Sequence record: OP617745.1
DNA: 64,000 bases
Direction: 5' to 3' (one strand)
This document shows positions 58,157-64,000 of the stretch, piece after piece. The first letter of the stretch is position 1, and each line of letters opens with the position of its first letter. The notes beneath the pieces were generated by a model that made no database searches, was not told the DNA's origin, and was given only the letters and a program-made list of their open reading frames with translations. The translations under genes and the position numbers were made by a program.

Positions 58157-60832
58157 TTATACTGAAGTTCCTGAAGAATCCACCCATCCAGTATTGTCAG
58201 CATTTCTCCAAATAGGTTTGTTTATAGTAGTGTCAAAATATTGCATCCCAGTTGTTGCAGCCGTGGAAGGTCTCTCAGCGGTAGTACCAGAATAAACACG
58301 CACTACATCTCCAACTTCTCTCCATATAGTAGCTGATGTTTTTATAAATTTATAAACTCTACCAACCACCATTGTTTTATTTGAATTTTTTGCAAAATTA
58401 TTAATTAAGAATGTTGAACTATTAACCAACGTCACGGATGCAGTAGCATTTAAATATACATCAACTTCCTGACCTATCATACCACCAACAAATCCTGTTA
58501 TTTGTGATAACGATGTTGTTGAAATAGAAATAACACTAACACCATCTACATTTGGTGTTGTGGTAGCATTCGATGAAATTGTTAATAATCCATTAGTTGG
58601 TGTGTATTCAACGCCATATGTCAATGGAGAATTTATCCATCCATTTTTATCACCATAAGAAAAACATTGATTTATCCAAGGTTTTAATCTAAGTGATAGA
58701 TAATCAACATTAGAAAAATCAAATCCATAACTATGCAAACGTTGTGTACCAGTTCCATCAACTGGTGCATTGTCAGTCCATGCTAAACAATTACTTAATA
58801 ATAATCTTGATGCAGAATCCAATGCACCAAAAGCTGGATATAGACCATCACCAGTTCTAGAATTATTATATGAATGACAATTAACCATTTGTACACCATT
58901 TAAAAGATAACCAGGACCAACATTATTATCTGCACGTGAATCAGAAATTTTGTGATGAACGGAACTAGCAGATATATATATACCAGTTTCTGATATTTCA
59001 CCCATTAATCCTGAAATATAATGATTATTTCCTGATATTTTAATTCCACATATATAAGGAGACGAATTGGTAATTGAGTTAAGTCCTTTTACTTGGGCAT
59101 TTCCCTCAATTCTGTGTATTTGACAATCTGATGCACCTGATATTTCAATAGTTCCGACATAATCAGTTCTGATTCTATTTTTTAAACATTCGTTGGCGAT
59201 AACATCCTCTATTAATCCAATATTACCACTAACTTCTAAACCTTGATCTTGAAAACCATAAAAACTACAAGATTTAACGCAAAATTCAGGACCACGTAAT
59301 CTTACCCCACCGGTACTATTAATAGCATCAGTAGCATCAAAATCTATTCCAATAATACCAAAACTTCTGGATGATACATCATTTTGGCTATTAGTTTCTG
59401 ATTTTATAATCCAATCATTGGAAAAATTCCTGAATCTCGTTCCATATGGTCTAGATGGGTTTCCCGGAGTGCCATAAGTCCAAGGTAAGGAACGACGAAC
59501 TGAACCATTTCTACTACCAATAAGCACCACATATTGCTTAGTAACTATATTACAATAATATTGCCCAGGTGGACACTCAATTACTGCTCCACCCAATGAA
59601 TTTGCTTGATTGATGGCATTTTGTATATATACAGACAAATCACCTTCATATGTATAATTTCTAATACCATCATGCAATTCTGGTGGTATGAATTCAAATA
59701 ATGATAACTTATTTTGGTATAAATCATATAGAGTAGATTTATAATTATTAGAAAACATAGAACTTTTATAATTTATATTACTCAACCCATCATCATTGGA
59801 AAATGAATTGTTAAAGTTGGAAAAAATATCAATATTTTGTTGCACAGAAGTACCATTATTGGTATTAATGTTTTTAGAAGCATCATATGATAATAAATCA
59901 TTTTTCAAAACATAGTCATCACTTTGTACAACAATATCACCAAGCATTATAATAATTTCATCATCTTGGTATAATTCTTCTGAAAAAGTAATTACTCTAT
60001 CAGCTCCTACACTATAAGCAGTACTGGGATTCTGTAAAACGCCATTAATATATACAATAGCAGTACTGAAATCATATGGCACTTGAATTGTTGTTTGGCC
60101 TTGCATTGCATTAGCTGTGTAAATTCTATTAAGTTTATCATTAGTACTGATATTCGGATTACCAATAAAAACATATAATAAATCACCAGCTTCTAATTCA
60201 GTAGTGAATGTTAATGTGCTACCCGATACGGCGTAATTCAATCCAGGTAATTGAATTGAACCATTAACAAATACAGTTATAGTACTGAATGTGAATGGAA
60301 TATTAAAATCAGTTTGACCATCGGTTGCTGATGCAGAATATGTTTTAATACTTGCATTAAAATTTGGAGTAATTTTTTCAAAACCAGTACTGGTTTCAGG
60401 GGTACTACCAAGAACACCAACCCCATTCCACACTGTACCATCAGTGTATAACCAATAATCATCTGATGTTGCAGTAGTACCAGATTTCCACATTTTTAAT
60501 GAATTTTTAGTTAGTCCATAAGCAACTTCAACAGTAGGGAGATGTGCGTTCCAGTCCAGAGTTAAACCCTCTGTTTCCATTTTTTCTTTTAATTTGCTGT
60601 ATATAACCGGAACCCAAGAAGTATCTGAAATACCACCATCAGTATTTGGATTATTAGTACTGGTAATATGAGGTAATGTACCTTTCCATACATATCCAGT
60701 TTTAATTGAAGTTACTGGATCTGTATAATATAAAATTTGGTTGTTTGATACTAATCGTTTGTTAATAACAAAGTCACCAGCATCAATTAGTGCACCTGAA
60801 ATATTTGTTGCACTTAAATTGTTCAATGACAT
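58157..60832 (-). CDS. Tail fibre/tailspike (putative depolymerase)
   Basis: N-terminal GY.WKG.LPH and W.AHLP domains, two FVNG.IQ repeats, CPPGQY beta-helix, C-terminal GTTAERP...YFDTT..KPIW motif; ATG 60832 after GAGG. Confidence 0.85.
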   Translation of the reverse strand: MSLNNLSATNISGALIDAGDFVINKRLVSNNQILYYTDPVTSIKTGYVWKGTLPHITSTNNPNTDGGISDTSWVPVIYSKLKEKMETEGLTLDWNAHLPTVEVAYGLTKNSLKMWKSGTTATSDDYWLYTDGTVWNGVGVLGSTPETSTGFEKITPNFNASIKTYSASATDGQTDFNIPFTFSTITVFVNGSIQLPGLNYAVSGSTLTFTTELEAGDLLYVFIGNPNISTNDKLNRIYTANAMQGQTTIQVPYDFSTAIVYINGVLQNPSTAYSVGADRVITFSEELYQDDEIIIMLGDIVVQSDDYVLKNDLLSYDASKNINTNNGTSVQQNIDIFSNFNNSFSNDDGLSNINYKSSMFSNNYKSTLYDLYQNKLSLFEFIPPELHDGIRNYTYEGDLSVYIQNAINQANSLGGAVIECPPGQYYCNIVTKQYVVLIGSRNGSVRRSLPWTYGTPGNPSRPYGTRFRNFSNDWIIKSETNSQNDVSSRSFGIIGIDFDATDAINSTGGVRLRGPEFCVKSCSFYGFQDQGLEVSGNIGLIEDVIANECLKNRIRTDYVGTIEISGASDCQIHRIEGNAQVKGLNSITNSSPYICGIKISGNNHYISGLMGEISETGIYISASSVHHKISDSRADNNVGPGYLLNGVQMVNCHSYNNSRTGDGLYPAFGALDSASRLLLSNCLAWTDNAPVDGTGTQRLHSYGFDFSNVDYLSLRLKPWINQCFSYGDKNGWINSPLTYGVEYTPTNGLLTISSNATTTPNVDGVSVISISTTSLSQITGFVGGMIGQEVDVYLNATASVTLVNSSTFLINNFAKNSNKTMVVGRVYKFIKTSATIWREVGDVVRVYSGTTAERPSTAATTGMQYFDTTINKPIWRNADNTGWVDSSGTSV

Positions 60833-61357
60833 ATTAAACCTCATCTAAAAGTTTATGTATAGTATTATTTATGATGCTCATTAGAACTAAATACATGAAA
60901 GCAAATGCAAACTAAGAGGTTTTTGACATGTCTTTAAGTAATTTAAGCTCAAGTAATAGTAATGGGGCATTTCTTGATTATGGAGAATTCAGAAGTGGTG
61001 TTTATATCCAAACATCAAATCAGATTTTGTACTTCACTGATGAAAATGGAAATAAAGTAGGTTATCAGTGGAAGGGACTTTTGCCTCACACAACAACAAC
61101 AAATGATCCAAATACTGATGGTGGTATTTCAGATACTGCTTGGTGTAGTATTGTTGGTAGTGGTTTTATTGAAAAATTATCAAAAGAAGGAATTGATTTA
61201 AGTTGGAAAGCACACTTACCAACAGTTGAAGTTTCTTACAATTTACCACATAAATCACTAAAAATATGGGAAGAAGGTACGATTAGTACTGATAATGATT
61301 ATTGGTTATACCCAGGGGATGGTACCGTATGGAATGGGGTTGGTGTTCTTGGTAGTA
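60403..61357. repeat. Perfect 28-bp inverted repeat (60403-60430 / 61330-61357)
   Basis: TGGAATGGGGTTGGTGTTCTTGGTAGTA and its reverse complement. Confidence 0.9.
60620..61137. repeat. Perfect 32-bp inverted repeat (60620-60651 / 61106-61137)
   Basis: ATCCAAATACTGATGGTGGTATTTCAGATACT and its reverse complement. Confidence 0.9.
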
Positions 61358-63903
61358 TTCCAGATGTACCTTTTAAGCAAATTGTACCACAAAATAATGT
61401 AATAGAATGGAGTGCAATTGCAACAGAAGGACAAAACCAATTTACTGTACCATATGAATTCACAAATATATCAGTTTTTATTAATGGATTATTACAGAAT
61501 AAAAGTACTGGTGGATATATGGTTAATGGCAGTACCGTTACATTAAATGGTTCATTGAAAGCTGGTGATGATATTCATGTAGTAATATCAAATATCCCTA
61601 TTAAAAATATAAATTATATTACTGATGTTGAATTATCACAACCTGATACAGCCAATAAAATAGGTCTTTTACATGGTGGAAAAGTACAAGATTTACAAAA
61701 ATTTCTTTCATTTGATATGTTTAATATAGATAAAACTGGAAGTACCGATGTTACTTCTAAAATTGAAAATGTTTTCTCTATTGCTAATAACTTTGGATTG
61801 GAAGTTATACAAAACGATGGGGTGTACCTGATTTCTGGTAATTTCAGTATTCCCGTTAAATATGGTTTCGATCTTTCTGGTGCTAAGTTTCTACTTGCTG
61901 CAAATACTACTGGTCAATTTTTGATAAGCCAGAGTAAAAAACCTACTACCTATGATTCTACAAGTGCTCTTGTAACGGCAATGAATGCAAAGGCAAGTAC
62001 AGATTTTGTCGCTGGTAATGGGATTTTAACTTCGTTGAAGGATAGTACTGTTCTTAACAACAGTATGCTGTTTATGTTAGGTGCAGATGATCTATTACAG
62101 TACACTGGTAATGCCTCACCCACCAAATGGCGTCACGTAAGTAACCTGTATCATTATGGCCTTCTTGCTGTGCCTTTTAAATATGGTGTTTCTGCACTTA
62201 CTTCAGTATATTCCTTACCTATTGCAGACAGCGTAACTGTTTGTAAGTTGCCAATCATTGACTTGCAGAACAACCCCCACACTATTCTGTTTGCATTTAA
62301 CGGTATTACAAGGTATGAGATTCATGAGGGAACCTGCATTAATAAAGCCCAGTCTCAAGTTGGTATTTTCCATATGGCATCCCTTACCAACTACTCTCTT
62401 GTAAACATTTATGTTATGAGAGATACTCATCCTACTGTTTCTTATTCAGATGCAGGTATGACACAGCAGGCAGCATCATACACGCTAAACTATGGGCGAG
62501 GCACAGATCTTACTGTCTATCACAGTGGGAGTCAGGGATATGGATGGGGGGCAACTGGCGGTGGGGATATTATAGCTAATACAAGATTCTTGTATTCAAA
62601 CTTTAACAGGTTTGACTCACACAACCCAATACTTGGATATTTCGATGCAATTGATTGTACTTTTGGTGTTGGTGGTCTTGCTGTAGCAGGCTTTGGTACG
62701 ATTAATATTGTTAGACCTCGTTTTTCACGAAACCCTAACAGTAATGACCCTTTTGGTGGGAATTTGCCTATGTATTTCAGGATTCGTGAAACCCACGGTG
62801 GCTGGTTTGATGGATCACTAAATATTACAGATATGGTAGTAGACGGTGTGGACACTATTCTACCCAACTTTGTGGAAGCCCCACAAATTAGTGATACACA
62901 ATTACCAGCAGGAAGTCCTGTGCAGCCTTGGGCCTTTAAACATATCTATATTGATGGATTGGAATTTACTACACCTAAAGTAGGCAGACGCTTGAATAAG
63001 TTCCATTCCCACTCTGGGCCATACTCTAGTGGGACTTATCACCCAAAAAGTATTATTATTAAGCGTCTTAAATACAATTGCCAAGGAAGTGCAGACCCTG
63101 AACAGGATGCTTTAGTTTTTGATATCACTAATGCTAAACAACAGACATTTAATACAGCAGCAAACCATGTAGCTATTGAACCTGCTACTACTGAGATTGT
63201 ATTGGAGGATTGTGAAGTAGCTTCTCTTGTGTTTAAGAGAAGTGCCATAGCCGCATCCCATTGTGTAGATGTAACCTTAGTAAGGTTGTCCCCATCACAA
63301 CCAGATGGGGATTACCCAGTAATTCATACTAATTTGAAAGGTAGATACAAAGCTATTGATTCTAAAATTGGTGGCTTTGATGATAGTGCCTTTGGTGTAC
63401 CTACTGCACATACATTGATGTTTGATCAAGTAAGCTGTATCAACAAGCATAAGGGTACAGACCTTCCCTATAAACTGGCGGGGGGATATCCTCACGACTT
63501 TACTTCCGTGGGTACTACCTTCATTGGTAACTACTCACGAGCAGAGGTAACTGCTCAGAACACAAACCTTGGACAGTGGTCATCTCTTGATGGGTGTAAG
63601 TATTATACGAAGGAGGGGGGAATCACCACTCACCTGATGATGTGGTCAGGTAATATCGGTTCAACACAGACTGACATTAATATAAGCATCCATGATGGGA
63701 ATACCTTACTATCCTCATTAATCCTTGATAGTAAGATTATATTTGATGAGATGAGGTTATGTAATGTGACTGGTATAGTTGGACGACAACTGTACAACCC
63801 ATCTTCTGGGGGTTACTACTACAATGTGGCAAGGAATGGGCATAGAGTTAATATCAATTCAGGTGCAGGGTCTGCATCAATTAGAGAAATACATGTCAAA
63901 TAA
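60928..63903 (+). CDS. Tail fibre/tailspike, paralogous N-terminus to 58157-60832
   Basis: Same N-terminal domains, one FING.LQ repeat, then a beta-rich passenger; GAGG RBS; CTAAATA upstream. Confidence 0.85.
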   Translation: MSLSNLSSSNSNGAFLDYGEFRSGVYIQTSNQILYFTDENGNKVGYQWKGLLPHTTTTNDPNTDGGISDTAWCSIVGSGFIEKLSKEGIDLSWKAHLPTVEVSYNLPHKSLKIWEEGTISTDNDYWLYPGDGTVWNGVGVLGSIPDVPFKQIVPQNNVIEWSAIATEGQNQFTVPYEFTNISVFINGLLQNKSTGGYMVNGSTVTLNGSLKAGDDIHVVISNIPIKNINYITDVELSQPDTANKIGLLHGGKVQDLQKFLSFDMFNIDKTGSTDVTSKIENVFSIANNFGLEVIQNDGVYLISGNFSIPVKYGFDLSGAKFLLAANTTGQFLISQSKKPTTYDSTSALVTAMNAKASTDFVAGNGILTSLKDSTVLNNSMLFMLGADDLLQYTGNASPTKWRHVSNLYHYGLLAVPFKYGVSALTSVYSLPIADSVTVCKLPIIDLQNNPHTILFAFNGITRYEIHEGTCINKAQSQVGIFHMASLTNYSLVNIYVMRDTHPTVSYSDAGMTQQAASYTLNYGRGTDLTVYHSGSQGYGWGATGGGDIIANTRFLYSNFNRFDSHNPILGYFDAIDCTFGVGGLAVAGFGTINIVRPRFSRNPNSNDPFGGNLPMYFRIRETHGGWFDGSLNITDMVVDGVDTILPNFVEAPQISDTQLPAGSPVQPWAFKHIYIDGLEFTTPKVGRRLNKFHSHSGPYSSGTYHPKSIIIKRLKYNCQGSADPEQDALVFDITNAKQQTFNTAANHVAIEPATTEIVLEDCEVASLVFKRSAIAASHCVDVTLVRLSPSQPDGDYPVIHTNLKGRYKAIDSKIGGFDDSAFGVPTAHTLMFDQVSCINKHKGTDLPYKLAGGYPHDFTSVGTTFIGNYSRAEVTAQNTNLGQWSSLDGCKYYTKEGGITTHLMMWSGNIGSTQTDINISIHDGNTLLSSLILDSKIIFDEMRLCNVTGIVGRQLYNPSSGGYYYNVARNGHRVNINSGAGSASIREIHVK

Positions 63904-63912
63904 GGAATATAA

Positions 63913-64000
63913 ATGTTTAAACAAGTTAAAGATACTGAAGTAACATTGTTATTCAATGGAAATTGTAGTATAGGAAAAATTACAATTCCTTTGACTATCT
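63913..64000 (+). CDS. 5' part of a gene leaving the window (partial)
   Basis: AAGGA RBS, ATG at 63913, open to the edge. Confidence 0.55.
   Translation, partial: MFKQVKDTEVTLLFNGNCSIGKITIPLTI

Noticed and set aside
3350-63495. Many short ORFs in the track overlapping longer genes on the opposite strand or another frame (e.g. 3350, 8447, 10421, 16427, 20139, 28198, 37470, 48444, 53690, 62532)
   Set aside because: They lie inside well-supported genes, lack RBS or motifs, and are expected shadows in AT-rich DNA
1-64000. tRNA genes, rRNA, CRISPR array, integrase or transposase
   Set aside because: No cloverleaf with T-loop GTTCGA, no regularly spaced direct repeats and no recombinase motifs were recognised; the AGTACT sites are irregularly spaced and mostly intragenic

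Overview
AT-rich (roughly 30% GC by eye), gene-dense 64 kb segment of a large lytic tailed phage. Gene content and tail-fibre style resemble RaK2/K64-1/GAP32-type enterobacterial jumbo myoviruses; this is an inference from recalled protein motifs, with no search run. Bases 1-47.8 kb are almost all + strand accessory and metabolic genes: Dam-like MTase, cytidylyltransferase, HD alarmone-hydrolase-like protein, Rnl1, PseT, phosphatase, PTH2-like protein, DNA ligase, two ClpP-fold proteases, dCMP deaminase, a NadM-Nudix/NAMPT/sirtuin/NUDT16-like NAD cluster, PhoH, NrdD/NrdG, seven free-standing homing-endonuclease-like genes and many small hypotheticals. Bases 47.8-64 kb are a cluster of six tail fibre/tailspike genes with TATAAATA late promoters, one truncated spike and a decayed lambda-R-like lysin. 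The most unexplained signals are: (1) about ten-fold over-representation of the palindrome AGTACT in native DNA, absent from acquired tailspike domains; (2) a ~620-nt GC-rich, highly structured non-coding region at 1.1-1.75 kb; (3) a ~120-nt three-way-junction sRNA candidate at 42.7 kb and twin SD-in-loop leaders on the two NAD-salvage genes; (4) an array of about 18 highly diverged ~90-aa paralogue-like genes at 6-16 kb; (5) two head-to-head tail fibre genes joined by nested perfect 32-bp and 28-bp inverted repeats. No tRNA, rRNA, CRISPR array, integrase or transposase was recognised.
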